Origin: Alphaproteobacteria bacterium | Lineage (GTDB): Bacteria; Pseudomonadota; Alphaproteobacteria; SP197 | Direction: 5' to 3' | Assembly (NCBI GenBank): GCA_965228895.1 | Contig: OZ245842.1 | Location: 3,008,001 to 3,072,000, forward strand | DNA: 64,000 bases | Shown here: positions 10,164 through 20,280 of the stretch, in pieces | How positions within the stretch are numbered: position 1 is the first letter of the stretch | How the letters are laid out: every line of letters starts with the position of its first letter | Translations under genes and position numbers: made by a program | The notes under the pieces: model-generated | Databases searched by the model: none | Told to the model about the DNA's origin: nothing | The model's input: only the letters and a program-made list of their open reading frames with translations

Positions 10164-11477
10164 TTAGCGCACCTTGGCCAGCTCAGCGCGGTCACGCCGG
10201 GCGGTCCACCAGTCGCGTGCCTGATAGAACCAATAGGCCGACTGTGCGGCGACACTGCCGAACGGCCCACCGGCCCAATCGAGGCCGAACGGCTCGAACA
10301 GCCGGATACGATCGCCCTCACCCGCGATGGCCTCGGCCAGGACCTCGCCGGCGACAGTGGTCGTACCCATGCCCGTGCCGCCAAATGCTTGCGCGTACCA
10401 CAGCCCGGGTTGCCGCTCGCCAATCTGGGGCATCCGGTGACGCGCGTAACTCATGGTGCCCATCCACGCGGATTCATAATGCGCGACATCCGAGAGCTGC
10501 GGATAGACGCGCTTCAAGTCGCCCAGCATTGCGTCAGCCAGCCGCGCCGGTTCGCCGCGCCGCGCGGTCATGCGGCCGCCCCACAGGATGCGACCATCGG
10601 GCAGCGCGCGGTAATAGTCCCCGGCATCGCGCGTGTCGCCGATGGCAAGGCCACACTTAACCGCATCGGCCAACCGTTCGGTCGGTATCGGCTCGGTCGC
10701 CATGACATAGGTCGCGACAGGCAGCACCGCACCGGAGACCGGTGCATAGAGGCCGAGACCGTAGCCACCCGCCGCCAGGACCACATGACGCGCGTTGACC
10801 TGGCCGCCCGGCGTCACGACCAGCTTGTTCTCGCGATCCGGGTCAAGCGTGATCACCGGCGTGTTCTCGAAGATACGCACGCCCTTGGCCTCTGCCGCGC
10901 GCGCAACGCCCAGACAATAGTTCAAGGGGTGAAATTGAAAGGCCTGCCGATTCAAAAGGCCGTCGAAGTAACACGGCGAGTCCGCGAACTCGGCCTTCAG
11001 GCGGTCGCGCTCAACAAACTCAAGCTGGCTGCCGAACGTTTCGGCCATCAGATCGCGGTGGGCCTTCAGACCATCGGGCGAGCTTGTCCAGGATGCGACG
11101 AGCACGCCATCGGTGTTGGGACCGCAGGCAATGTCGTAGGTAGCGATACGTTGGCGAACCAGCCCGACCGCCTCGGCCGTGAGGTCATAGAGCGCACGTG
11201 TGTGGTCGACACCGACCCATTTGATCAGCGTCTCCGTGCCTTGCGAATAACCTTGGCCGACAAATCCGCCATTGCGGCCCGACGCGCCGAAGCCGACCCG
11301 CTCGGCCTCCAGCAAAACAACGCCCTGAACGCCACGTTCGGCCAGCGACAGCGCCGTGTTCAGTCCCGCCAGGCCGCCGCCGACAACACAGACTTCGGCA
11401 TCGAAGGCGCCTTCCAGCCTGGGCCGCTCAGCATCTTCGGTGCGCGTCTGCGCGTAGAAACTATCGATGTAACCCAT
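10164..11477 (-). CDS. FAD-dependent oxidoreductase, PuuB/DAO family (paralog 2)
   Basis: VVGGGLAGL, GFGASGRNGG, FHPLNYCLG, DYYRALPDGRILWGG. Confidence 0.88.
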   Translation of the reverse strand: MGYIDSFYAQTRTEDAERPRLEGAFDAEVCVVGGGLAGLNTALSLAERGVQGVVLLEAERVGFGASGRNGGFVGQGYSQGTETLIKWVGVDHTRALYDLTAEAVGLVRQRIATYDIACGPNTDGVLVASWTSSPDGLKAHRDLMAETFGSQLEFVERDRLKAEFADSPCYFDGLLNRQAFQFHPLNYCLGVARAAEAKGVRIFENTPVITLDPDRENKLVVTPGGQVNARHVVLAAGGYGLGLYAPVSGAVLPVATYVMATEPIPTERLADAVKCGLAIGDTRDAGDYYRALPDGRILWGGRMTARRGEPARLADAMLGDLKRVYPQLSDVAHYESAWMGTMSYARHRMPQIGERQPGLWYAQAFGGTGMGTTTVAGEVLAEAIAGEGDRIRLFEPFGLDWAGGPFGSVAAQSAYWFYQARDWWTARRDRAELAKVR

Positions 11478-11525
11478 CAGTGAGAAAGACGCCCTTGGGC
11501 CGTTACGGAGAGCAGAAGAACAACG

Positions 11526-12836
11526 TCAGCCCTGGGCGGCATGCAGGCGATCGATACCGGCGCGCGCCTCGTCACGGGCTCTCACGCGATGCCGCAAGAC
11601 CTCACCATACAGTTTACCGAAGGGACCGCCGGCCCAGCCCAGACCGAACGGCTTGAACAGGTGCCAGGTGTCGTCGCCTTGCGCAATGGCACCGGCCAGG
11701 GCCTCGCCGGCGACCGTCGTCGTGCCCATGCCCTGACCGCCAAAACCTTGCGCGTACCAATAACCCTGCTTCAGCTCACCGAGCTGAATCATACGGTGTC
11801 GGGCATAGCTCATGTAGCCCTGCCACGCGCTCTCGGCGCGAATGCCGGCAAGCTGGGGATAGACCCTCAAGAGGTCGCCCATCATCATCCCTTTGAGGTC
11901 ATGAGGTTCGCTGAGGCGAAGACTGCCGCGCCCGCCCCACAGGATGCGCCCGTTCTCCACGCGCCGGTAATAGTCCAGGCTGAACCGCGTGTCGTAGATC
12001 GCGTGATCGCACTTGATTGCCGACTGCAGGAGATCGTCATCGACCGGCTCGGTGGTCATGACATAGGTCGCGACGGGCTGGATCGCGCCGTTGAGTTGCG
12101 CCGCCGCGCCGTTAACGTAACCACCGACGGTCACGACCAACTGGTCGGTTTCAACCACACCTTTATCGGTCGACACCTGCTTGTCGGCGCGATCGCCGTC
12201 GATCACGGTGACCGCGCTGTTCTCATAGATCTTGACGCCCAGGTTCTCGGCAGCGCGGGCTACGCCCAGGCAATAATTCAGCGGATGGAACCAGAAGACG
12301 CCGCGATGCAGCAGGCCGTCGAAGTAGACGGGGGAGTCGCAGAACTCCTCGCGCAACCGCTGACGCGGAATGAACTCGAACTGTTCGCCGTAGTTCTCCG
12401 CGGCAAAATCGCGCCACGCCTTCAGCTCATCGGCGTTGTCGAACCAGGACGCACCCAGGTGACCATCGGGGTTGGGGCCGCATTCAATGTTGTATTTGGC
12501 GATCCGGCTCTTGATCAGGTGCAGCGCATCGACGGTCAGCGCATGAAGCTTTTTGGTGTGCTCCAGACCGACCTGGCGGATCAGACGGTCGTCGCCCGCC
12601 GCATAACCGGTGCCGACAAAGCCGCCATTGCGGCCCGAGGCGCCCCAGCCAACCCGCTGGGCCTCCAAGACCACGATGTCGCGAACACCCCGTTCGGCGA
12701 GACCGAGTGCGGTGTTCAGGCCCGCAAGGCCGCCGCCGACAATGCAGACCGACGCCTTGACCATGCCTTCAAGCGCCGGGCGCGGCTCGTCCTCGGTCGC
12801 TGTCTGGGCGTAATAGCTTTCGATGTATTGGCTCAT
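11526..12836 (-). CDS. FAD-dependent oxidoreductase, PuuB/DAO family (paralog 1)
   Basis: IVGGGLAGL, GWGASGRNGG, FHPLNYCLG, DYYRRVENGRILWGG; start at ATG 12836 (MSQYIESYY). Confidence 0.88.
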   Translation of the reverse strand: MSQYIESYYAQTATEDEPRPALEGMVKASVCIVGGGLAGLNTALGLAERGVRDIVVLEAQRVGWGASGRNGGFVGTGYAAGDDRLIRQVGLEHTKKLHALTVDALHLIKSRIAKYNIECGPNPDGHLGASWFDNADELKAWRDFAAENYGEQFEFIPRQRLREEFCDSPVYFDGLLHRGVFWFHPLNYCLGVARAAENLGVKIYENSAVTVIDGDRADKQVSTDKGVVETDQLVVTVGGYVNGAAAQLNGAIQPVATYVMTTEPVDDDLLQSAIKCDHAIYDTRFSLDYYRRVENGRILWGGRGSLRLSEPHDLKGMMMGDLLRVYPQLAGIRAESAWQGYMSYARHRMIQLGELKQGYWYAQGFGGQGMGTTTVAGEALAGAIAQGDDTWHLFKPFGLGWAGGPFGKLYGEVLRHRVRARDEARAGIDRLHAAQG

Positions 12837-12846
12837 AATCAATCGC

Positions 12847-13890
12847 TCAAGGGCATGGGTATGTGTAGCGGTGATGAATGTCTTCAACGGCCTCTAGGGT
12901 CTCATCATCCAGCGCCACGTCAAGACACGTCATTGCCGTCTCGAGCTGCGCCATGGTCGTCGCGCCGATAATGCTGGACGTCAGAAACGGCTGCTGGGCA
13001 ACCCAGGCAAGCGCCATGACGCCCGGATCGAGTCCTTTTGAGCGCGCCAGATCGGCATAGGCCTGGGTCGCCGGTTCGGCGTTGACCGGCTTCAGGTAGC
13101 GTGTGTTGTCGGGATTGAGCGTCATACGCGCGCCTTCCGGTCGCGCGCCGCCCAGATACTTGCCCGACAGCGCGCCGGCCGCCATCGGCGCATAGGCCAG
13201 AAGGCCGACGCTTTCACGCATGGCGACTTCGGCACAGCCGGCCTCGAACGTGCGGTTCAACAGGCTATAGGCGTTCTGCACCGCGACGACGCGTGGCAGC
13301 CCCATGGTCTCGGCCAAGTGCACGAACCGCATCATACCCCAGGGAGTTTCGTTGGAGAGGCCGATGTAGCGCACCTTGCCGGCGGCGACGAGATCGCCGA
13401 GCACGGCGAGCGTTTCCTCGATCGGCGTCATCTGTTCTTCGTGGTCGTGGCGATAGCCGAGCTGGCCGAACTTGTTGACCTCGCGGTCCGGCCAATGGAG
13501 CTGGTAGAGATCGACATAGTCGGTCTGCAGGCGCTGCAAACTGGTGTCGATCGCCTGCTCGATATGCCACCGGTTCAGCCGGGGTTCGCCGTCACGAATA
13601 TAGGGAAAGCGCGCGCCGGGCCCGGTGACCTTGGTCGCCAGGATGACCTTGTCGCGGTTGCCGCGCGCCTGCATCCAGGTGCCGATGACCTCCTCGCTGC
13701 GGCCGTAGTGGTCGGCCGACGTCGGCACGGCATACATCTCCGCCGTATCGATGAAGTTGCAGCCGCGCTCGAAGGCATAGTCCATCTGCTCATGGCCTTC
13801 GGCCTCGGTGTTGCGCGAGCCCCACAGCATGCTGCCCAGGCAGATCACACTGACCTGGATATCCGTGTCGCCCAGCCGGCGGTACTCCAT
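12847..13890 (-). CDS. tas: NADP(H)-dependent aldo/keto reductase, Tas family
   Basis: ICLGSM, FIDTAEMYAVP, DLYQLHWPDR, GLSNETPWG, YSLLNR. Confidence 0.88.
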   Translation of the reverse strand: MEYRRLGDTDIQVSVICLGSMLWGSRNTEAEGHEQMDYAFERGCNFIDTAEMYAVPTSADHYGRSEEVIGTWMQARGNRDKVILATKVTGPGARFPYIRDGEPRLNRWHIEQAIDTSLQRLQTDYVDLYQLHWPDREVNKFGQLGYRHDHEEQMTPIEETLAVLGDLVAAGKVRYIGLSNETPWGMMRFVHLAETMGLPRVVAVQNAYSLLNRTFEAGCAEVAMRESVGLLAYAPMAAGALSGKYLGGARPEGARMTLNPDNTRYLKPVNAEPATQAYADLARSKGLDPGVMALAWVAQQPFLTSSIIGATTMAQLETAMTCLDVALDDETLEAVEDIHHRYTYPCP

Positions 13891-14150
13891 GATGTCCCCT
13901 TCCCTATGCGGCCGCGCATTCTAGCGGGCAGACGCAGGCTTCCAAGGGGAATAAGGGGGACCGTGATGTTTGCGCGTGATGCCTTTCTACTCTCCGCTCC
14001 TGATGTTCAAGCGACCGTGGCCGGGCCGGTTGAGATCGGACTACGCGCTTCAAACTGGTCGAGTGCGTAGCGGCTGTCACACGCAAGGTGAGCTTCATCG
14101 CCAAGTAACAGCATGGCACGTCACGAAGGACAAATGTCACCACTTACCGC

Positions 14151-14954
14151 TCACGCCGCCGCGCGACCCAGGCCCGGCAGGCGGCTGATCAGGAACAGGA
14201 TGAAGGCCGCAGCGACCACCGACGGCCCTGACGGCGTATCATAGGTCAGCGATGCACCAAGGCCGATCAGGACGGCGAGGCAACCGATCACGGCGGCGGC
14301 CAGTGCCATCTGCTCGGGCGTGCGGGTGAAACGCCGCGCCGTGGCGGCCGGAATGATCAAAAGCGAGGTGATCAGCAAAATGCCGACCACCTTCATGGCA
14401 ACGGCGATAACCAGCGCCAACAGGACCATGAAAGTCAGCCGCACGGCAGCGACGTTGACCCCTTCGACCTCAGCCATTTCCTCATGCACGGTCAGCGCCA
14501 GAAGACGGCGCCACAGGAACGCCGCGACCACCAGGACGACCGCGCCGCCAGCGTAGATCCAGATGATGTCGTTGATGCCGACGGCCAGAATATCGCCGAA
14601 CAGATAAGCCAGAAGATCGACCCGCACGTTGGGCAGGAAAGCCAGAACGACGAGCCCGAACGCGAGCGTGCTGTGCGCCATGATGCCAAGCAGCGTGTCG
14701 GTCGCCAGCATGCCACGGCGCTGCATGGCGCCGACCACGAGCGCGACGACGATACACACGACGGCGACGCCGGCGATGACATCGACCTCCAAGAGGAAAC
14801 CCAACGCGATGCCAAGCAGCGCGGCGTGGGCAAGCGTGTCGCCGTAATAGGCCATGCGCCGCCACACAACGAAACAACCGAGCGGACCGGCGACCAGCGC
14901 GATGCCGAGACCCGCCACGACCGCGCGCACCATGAAGTCGTCGAAGATCGTCAT
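14151..14954 (-). CDS. znuB: Zinc ABC transporter permease
   Basis: GPLGCFVVWRRMAYYGDTLAHAALLG, VDLLAYLFGDIL, DTPSGPSVV; start MTIFDDF. Confidence 0.93.
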   Translation of the reverse strand: MTIFDDFMVRAVVAGLGIALVAGPLGCFVVWRRMAYYGDTLAHAALLGIALGFLLEVDVIAGVAVVCIVVALVVGAMQRRGMLATDTLLGIMAHSTLAFGLVVLAFLPNVRVDLLAYLFGDILAVGINDIIWIYAGGAVVLVVAAFLWRRLLALTVHEEMAEVEGVNVAAVRLTFMVLLALVIAVAMKVVGILLITSLLIIPAATARRFTRTPEQMALAAAVIGCLAVLIGLGASLTYDTPSGPSVVAAAFILFLISRLPGLGRAAA

Positions 14955-14961
14955 CTCGCGT

Positions 14962-15732
14962 TCACCGTGCCGCCCCAGCCTTCTCATCGACGACGTTGCC
15001 CGCCATGTCGTGGCTGTGGTCGTGATCGTGGTGGTAGATGGCGAGGCCCGGCACCTCGGCGCCGAACAGCGCGAGGTATTCGGGATTGTTCTGGATCGAA
15101 TCCGGTCGGCCCGAACAGCAGACATGGCGGTTAAGGCAGACCACCGTGTCACTCGCCGCCATGACGATGTGCAGGTCGTGGGAGACCAGCAGAACGCCGA
15201 ATCCACGCTCGTCGCGCAACCGCGCGATCAATCGATAGAGCGTGCCGAGGCCGGATACGTCGACGCCGGCCGACGGTTCGTCCAAGACCAGGAGGTCGGG
15301 ATGACGCAACAGCGCGCGGGCCAGCAGGACCCGCTGGCGCTCGCCGCCGGAGATCGACTGAAAGGCGTTGTCGCTGACATGCAGCACACCGACATCGCGC
15401 AACAGGTCATCGACCTCATCGCGCGGTACGTGTGGCGCGCCCAGCGACAGGAAGCGGCGCACCGACAACGGCAAGGTATCGTCGACGGCGATGCGCTGGG
15501 GCATATAGCCGACTTTCAAACCCGCCCGGCGCATGACCGAACCGGCGTCCGGCCGCAGCAGACCGAGCGCGACGCGCAGCAAGGTCGACTTACCCGAACC
15601 GTTAGGGCCGATCACCGTGACGACCTCGCCGGGCGCGATGGTCAGGTCGACATGAGACAAGACCTGCGTATCGCCGAACCGCACGTCGACGCCACGCACC
15701 TGGACCAGCGGTGATGGATCGGCGGTGGTCAC
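14962..15732 (-). CDS. znuC: Zinc ABC transporter ATP-binding protein
   Basis: GPNGSGKST, SGGERQRVLLARAL, CLNRHVCCSG, His-rich tail YHHDHDHSHD; GTG start overlaps the zur stop (GTGA). Confidence 0.93.
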   Translation of the reverse strand: MTTADPSPLVQVRGVDVRFGDTQVLSHVDLTIAPGEVVTVIGPNGSGKSTLLRVALGLLRPDAGSVMRRAGLKVGYMPQRIAVDDTLPLSVRRFLSLGAPHVPRDEVDDLLRDVGVLHVSDNAFQSISGGERQRVLLARALLRHPDLLVLDEPSAGVDVSGLGTLYRLIARLRDERGFGVLLVSHDLHIVMAASDTVVCLNRHVCCSGRPDSIQNNPEYLALFGAEVPGLAIYHHDHDHSHDMAGNVVDEKAGAAR

Positions 15733-16178
15733 GCCGCACCCGACGAGCAATCGGCACAGGTCCCGGTAATCTCGACGGTCTGCCTGTCGACGACAAAACC
15801 GTGGTCCGCCGCGCCCTTGGTGATGGCGTTCTTGATGCGTCGGTCTTCCATCTCGACCGCGCGTCCGCAGTCATCACAGATCAGGAACTGCCAGGCATGG
15901 TTATGGGCGGGATCGGCACAACCGACGAACGCATTCAGCGACTCCACCCGATGCACAAGACCCTGCTCGATCAGGAAATCGAGCGCCCGGTATACCGTCG
16001 GCGGCGCCGCCTTGCCCTGCCGATCACGCAAAAGGTCGAGCAGCTCATAGGCGCCAATCGGCCGTCCGGCCGCCACGACCAAATCGAGAACCGCGCAGCG
16101 CAACGGCGTCAAGCGGACGCCGCGCTGGTCACAGAGCCGGGCTGCCGCTTCACTGGCACGCTGTTTGCTGGCTGTCAT
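15729..16178 (-). CDS. zur: Fur-family zinc uptake regulator
   Basis: RLTPLR, AYELL, APPTVYRALDFL, HRVESLNAFVGC, CDDC and CADC; first gene of the znuCB operon. Confidence 0.92.
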   Translation of the reverse strand: MTASKQRASEAAARLCDQRGVRLTPLRCAVLDLVVAAGRPIGAYELLDLLRDRQGKAAPPTVYRALDFLIEQGLVHRVESLNAFVGCADPAHNHAWQFLICDDCGRAVEMEDRRIKNAITKGAADHGFVVDRQTVEITGTCADCSSGAA

Positions 16179-16197
16179 GACACCGTCCCTTCACGAA

Positions 16198-16217
16198 GAA
16201 TGTTACGTTATAACAAT
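16198..16217. promoter_or_regulatory. Zur box
   Basis: GAATGTTACGTTATAACAAT contains TGTTA-N5-TAACA, the proteobacterial Zur consensus core, about 22 bp upstream of the zur start. Confidence 0.8.
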
Positions 16218-16332
16218 GCCAACGTGAGCGCCAATGCCTTCTCTACCGGCCGTGACACCGCACGTTTTCGCGTCGTCCGGCGTGATTCAGACAGTGGTTC
16301 AATCGAGGTGCGATCCGATCTAGGTTCGGGCC

Positions 16333-17499
16333 ATGACACAGACACTTCCGCCGGTACGGCTGCATATCAACGACCGTTTCGATCCAAGCGAAGCCTATGG
16401 CGACGCGCAACGATCGGTCATCGGACCCGCTGCGCGAACCCAGGCGCTGGACACGATCACCGCTTGGCCGGGCTACGCACCAACACCGCTGATCGAGCTG
16501 AAGGGGCTGGCCGACTATTGCGGTATCGACCGCTTGTGGCTGAAGCACGAGGGCAAGCGGTTCCACCTGAAAAGCTTCAAGGCCCTTGGCGGCGCCTATG
16601 CGGTCCAGCGATTGTTGGGTGACAAAGCCGGTAGCGATGCCAGTGGCCTCACCGTGTGCTGCGCCACCGACGGCAACCACGGCAAGGCTGTGGCCTGGGG
16701 CGCCCAGCAGGCGGGCATCCGCTGCGTTATCTATCTGCACGCCCATGTCAGCCAGGGCCGCGAGGACGCCATCGCCGCGTTCGGCGCCGAGATCAAGCGG
16801 GTCGACGGCACCTATGACGATTCCGTGCGCCAAGCCGCCGCCGATGCCGAGACCAACGGGTGGACCGTGGTCTCCGACACCTCTTGGGACGGCTATACCG
16901 AGATCCCGTCCTGGGTGATGCAGGGGTACACAGTCATGGTCGCGGAAATCATGGATCAGTTGGGGTCTGAGCGGCCGACCCATCTGTTCGTGCAAGGCGG
17001 CGTCGGCGGTCTGCCGGCGGCGGTCATCGCACCGTTCTGGGCCGACTGGGGAGCCGAGCGCCCGCGCCCCATCGTCGTCGAACCCCATGCCGCCGACTGT
17101 CTCTATCAAAGTGCCGTAGCCGGCAAGCTGGCCGAGGCCGAAGGCAATCTGGAGACCCTGATGGCGTGCCTGTCGGCCGGCGAAGCCTCACCGCTCGCTT
17201 GGCAGATCCTGGACCACGGTACCGCCGCCTTCATGACCATGGACGACGATTTTGTTCGCCAGGCCATGACCGTGCTGGCGCGAGGTCACGGCGCAGACCC
17301 CAAGCTGGTGGTCGGCGAGTCCGGGTCGGCCGGAACCGCGGCGATGCTGGCGCTGAGAGACAGAACCGATTTGCGCCAGGCGCTCGGGCTCGACGCCCAC
17401 GCACGCGTGCTGGTCATCGCGAGCGAAGGCGCGACCGATCCGGAGATCTATCACGAGGTCGTCGGCCAAACGCCGGACGCGGTGGGCGAAGCCGCATGA
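16333..17499 (+). CDS. dpaL: Diaminopropionate ammonia-lyase (PLP-dependent)
   Basis: GYAPTPL, RFHLKSFKALGGAYAV (PLP lysine), ATDGNHG, VSDTSW, MQGY, QGGVGG. Confidence 0.88.
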   Translation: MTQTLPPVRLHINDRFDPSEAYGDAQRSVIGPAARTQALDTITAWPGYAPTPLIELKGLADYCGIDRLWLKHEGKRFHLKSFKALGGAYAVQRLLGDKAGSDASGLTVCCATDGNHGKAVAWGAQQAGIRCVIYLHAHVSQGREDAIAAFGAEIKRVDGTYDDSVRQAAADAETNGWTVVSDTSWDGYTEIPSWVMQGYTVMVAEIMDQLGSERPTHLFVQGGVGGLPAAVIAPFWADWGAERPRPIVVEPHAADCLYQSAVAGKLAEAEGNLETLMACLSAGEASPLAWQILDHGTAAFMTMDDDFVRQAMTVLARGHGADPKLVVGESGSAGTAAMLALRDRTDLRQALGLDAHARVLVIASEGATDPEIYHEVVGQTPDAVGEAA

Positions 17500-18929
17500 G
17501 CGACGGCGAAGACCTGGACCTCGTCATTCGCGGCGGCACGATCGTTACCGCGTCGGATACGTTTCGCGCCGATGTCGGCATCCGCGATGGCCGCATCGCG
17601 CTTTTGGCCGAGACCATCACCGGCGCGCGCGACACGCTTGATGCCGATGGCCTGATGGTCCTGCCCGGCGGCATCGATGCCCATTGCCACCTGGCGCAGC
17701 CGCCGAAGGGTAAGGTCGAGTACGCCGACGACTTCGAAAGCGGCACGCTGTCGGCGTTGGCGGGCGGCACCACGACGGTCATGCCGTTCGCCCTACAACT
17801 GCCCGACATGAGCTTGCGCGAGGCGGTCGACGATTATCACGGCAAGGCCAACGGCAAAGCGGCCATCGATTATGCCTTCCACCTGATCTTGACCGAGACA
17901 TCGCCGCAGATCCTGGGCCAGGAACTGCCGGCCCTGATCCGCGACGGCTACAACTCGTTCAAGATCTTCATGACCTATGACGATTTCCGTCTGGATGACC
18001 GCGAGATCCTGGAGATTCTGGCGGTCGCCGGGCGCGAGGGCGGCCTCGTGATGGTGCATGCGGAGAACCACCATTGCATCCAGTGGATGAGCGACGAGCT
18101 GGTCTCGGCCGGCAAAACGGAGCCCAAGTACCATGCGACGTCACGGCCCATGGCGGTCGAACGCGAGGCAACCCACCGGGCGATCTCGCTGGCCGAGGTC
18201 GCCGGCGTGCCGGTCTTCCTGGTGCACGTTTCCGCGCGCGAGGCGGCCGAGCAGATCGCCTGGGCACGCGAGCGGGACCTGCCGGTCTATGGCGAGACCT
18301 GCCCACAATATCTGTGTCTGAGCGAAGAAGACCTGGACCGGCCTGGTTTCGAAGGCGCCAAATTCATCTGCTCGCCACCACCACGCGATGCCGATAATCC
18401 GGCGGCGCTGTGGCGTGCCTTGCAGTTGGGCACGCTGCAGATCGTCTCTTCCGACCATTCACCGACCCGTTTCGACGATCCCAAGGGCAAGAAGGTCGGT
18501 GGCACCGACGCGCCGTTCACCCAGGTGCCAAACGGCATTCCCGGTCTTGAAACGCGCCTCTCCTTGATCTGGTCCGAGGGCGTGACGACGGGCCGGATCA
18601 CCGCCAATCAGTTCGTCGACCTGACCGCGACCGCGCCGGCCCGGATGTATGGGCTGACGCGAAAGGGCCGGGTTGCGATTGGCGCGGACGCCGACCTGGT
18701 CCTGTGGGACCCCACGCGGCAGACCACCATCCGCAACGAGGACCAGCACCACAACATGGACTACACGCCCTATGAGGGGTTCGAGGTCACGGGCTGGCCG
18801 GTCACGACACTCTCGCGCGGCGAGATCGTCTGGCATGACGGCGCGATTACCGCGGAGCCTGGGCGCGGCCAGTTTATCGTCTGTGACGCGCCCGGACCGA
18901 TGGCCCGAGCCGCCAACAAGACCGGCTAA
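17496..18929 (+). CDS. hydA: Dihydropyrimidinase / D-hydantoinase
   Basis: PGGIDAHCH, FKIFMTY, VHAEN, VHVS, ETCPQYL, SSDHSP, NGIPGLETR; ATGA overlap with dpaL. Confidence 0.92.
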   Translation: MSDGEDLDLVIRGGTIVTASDTFRADVGIRDGRIALLAETITGARDTLDADGLMVLPGGIDAHCHLAQPPKGKVEYADDFESGTLSALAGGTTTVMPFALQLPDMSLREAVDDYHGKANGKAAIDYAFHLILTETSPQILGQELPALIRDGYNSFKIFMTYDDFRLDDREILEILAVAGREGGLVMVHAENHHCIQWMSDELVSAGKTEPKYHATSRPMAVEREATHRAISLAEVAGVPVFLVHVSAREAAEQIAWARERDLPVYGETCPQYLCLSEEDLDRPGFEGAKFICSPPPRDADNPAALWRALQLGTLQIVSSDHSPTRFDDPKGKKVGGTDAPFTQVPNGIPGLETRLSLIWSEGVTTGRITANQFVDLTATAPARMYGLTRKGRVAIGADADLVLWDPTRQTTIRNEDQHHNMDYTPYEGFEVTGWPVTTLSRGEIVWHDGAITAEPGRGQFIVCDAPGPMARAANKTG

Positions 18930-19017
18930 CCTGATTTTGCCAAATTCTTGATCGACGATCGTGCATCGGCATGCTTCGGTAGGACATTGCCAACGGTTTG
19001 GATCGATTGGGGCAACG

Positions 19018-19512
19018 ATGCGACTTGTTCTTATGGCGACGGTTTTCCTGGTTCTTGCGTCACCCTTATCGGCGCAACAGACCATGGTGCCCGACGCGAC
19101 TGCCCTGGCCGTCCAGGAAGGCCTGACGGCGCTGGGGTACAACCCCGGCCCGACCGACGGCAAACCGGGACCGGCGACAAAACGCGCGATTGAGCAGTAT
19201 CAGCGCGACAACCAGTTGCCCGTCGATGGTTTGGCGACAAGAGAGCTTGCCGAACACATCGATATCGCGGTCGCGCGCGGCAACAACTCGCCCGAGCAGA
19301 TTTTGGCGCGCGGCAACATGCTGCGCAGCTATACCCGCGCGATACAGGAAAAACTGACCGCGCTGGGCTACGATCCCGGCCCGATCGACGGGGCAATCGG
19401 CAGCCAGACACGGGCCGCGATCACACAGTACGAGAGCGACAACGGCCTGCCGGAACGGGGTCAGGTCAGCAAGGCGCTTCTGGCGCATATGCACGGGCTG
19501 AACGGGCCGTGA
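19018..19512 (+). CDS. Secreted protein with two peptidoglycan-binding (PG_binding_1) domains
   Basis: Signal peptide plus two repeats of Q..LTALGY.PGP.DG..G..T..AI..Y....LP. Confidence 0.85.
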   Translation: MRLVLMATVFLVLASPLSAQQTMVPDATALAVQEGLTALGYNPGPTDGKPGPATKRAIEQYQRDNQLPVDGLATRELAEHIDIAVARGNNSPEQILARGNMLRSYTRAIQEKLTALGYDPGPIDGAIGSQTRAAITQYESDNGLPERGQVSKALLAHMHGLNGP

Positions 19513-20153
19513 AACATCAAAACGAAGGCGCGCCGGGCGGCCACGCCGACTTTCGCCTCCACGCGCCGGCAACGGCGCGCAACCGCGACGCCATACTCGA
19601 AAAGATCACCGACCTTGCCGCCGCCGACGCCCGTGTTCTGGAGATCGGCAGCGGCACGGGCGAGCACGCCGTTCATATCGCTGGCCAGATGCCGAACCTG
19701 GTGTGGCAGACCAGCGATCCCGATCCCACCATGCGTGCCAGCACTCAGGCGTGGATCGATCACACCGGGGTCGCCAACGTCGGCCAGCCGCTGGCGCTCG
19801 ACTGTGGCGCAGAGGCCTGGTGGCGCGACGTCAATTTTGGCCCGGACCTGATGATCGCCATCAACTTCACCCACATCGTGCCGCCTGCCTGTATCGACGG
19901 TCTGCTGGCCGGCGCCGGGGTCCTGCTGAAACCGGACGGCGTGCTGGCGCTCTATGGCGCCTTTACGTTTAACGGCGTCTATAGCGCTGCGACGAACCGC
20001 AGCTTCGATCGCATGTTGCGCCAGCAGAACGCGGCCTGGGGGCTACGCGACCTCAACGACATTTCGGCCGGCGCCAACCGCCACGGCCTGAAGCTGGACC
20101 AAATCATCGCCATGCCGTCCAACAATCATTTGTTGACGCTGAAACAGGCTTAA
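19509..20153 (+). CDS. DUF938 SAM-dependent methyltransferase
   Basis: APATARNRDAIL, LEIGSGTGEH, WQTSDPD, WGLRDL, MPSNN. Confidence 0.88.
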   Translation: MKHQNEGAPGGHADFRLHAPATARNRDAILEKITDLAAADARVLEIGSGTGEHAVHIAGQMPNLVWQTSDPDPTMRASTQAWIDHTGVANVGQPLALDCGAEAWWRDVNFGPDLMIAINFTHIVPPACIDGLLAGAGVLLKPDGVLALYGAFTFNGVYSAATNRSFDRMLRQQNAAWGLRDLNDISAGANRHGLKLDQIIAMPSNNHLLTLKQA

Positions 20154-20280
20154 GGAGGCCACCGGGTAGGATGTGCCCGCTAAAACAAGGGTTTGCCAGC
20201 GCCTGCCGTCATCTGTTAGTCCCTTGGCGGCAGAGTAACGGTCCGTTCAAAGAGCGCGGGAAGACCAAGGGGAAGTAGGC

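Noticed and set aside
13963-14070. Short ORF (MFARDAFLLSAPDVQ...) with a strong AGGGGG RBS in the tas-znuB spacer
   Set aside because: No recognisable motif, paralog or clear codon bias; cannot be supported without homology data.
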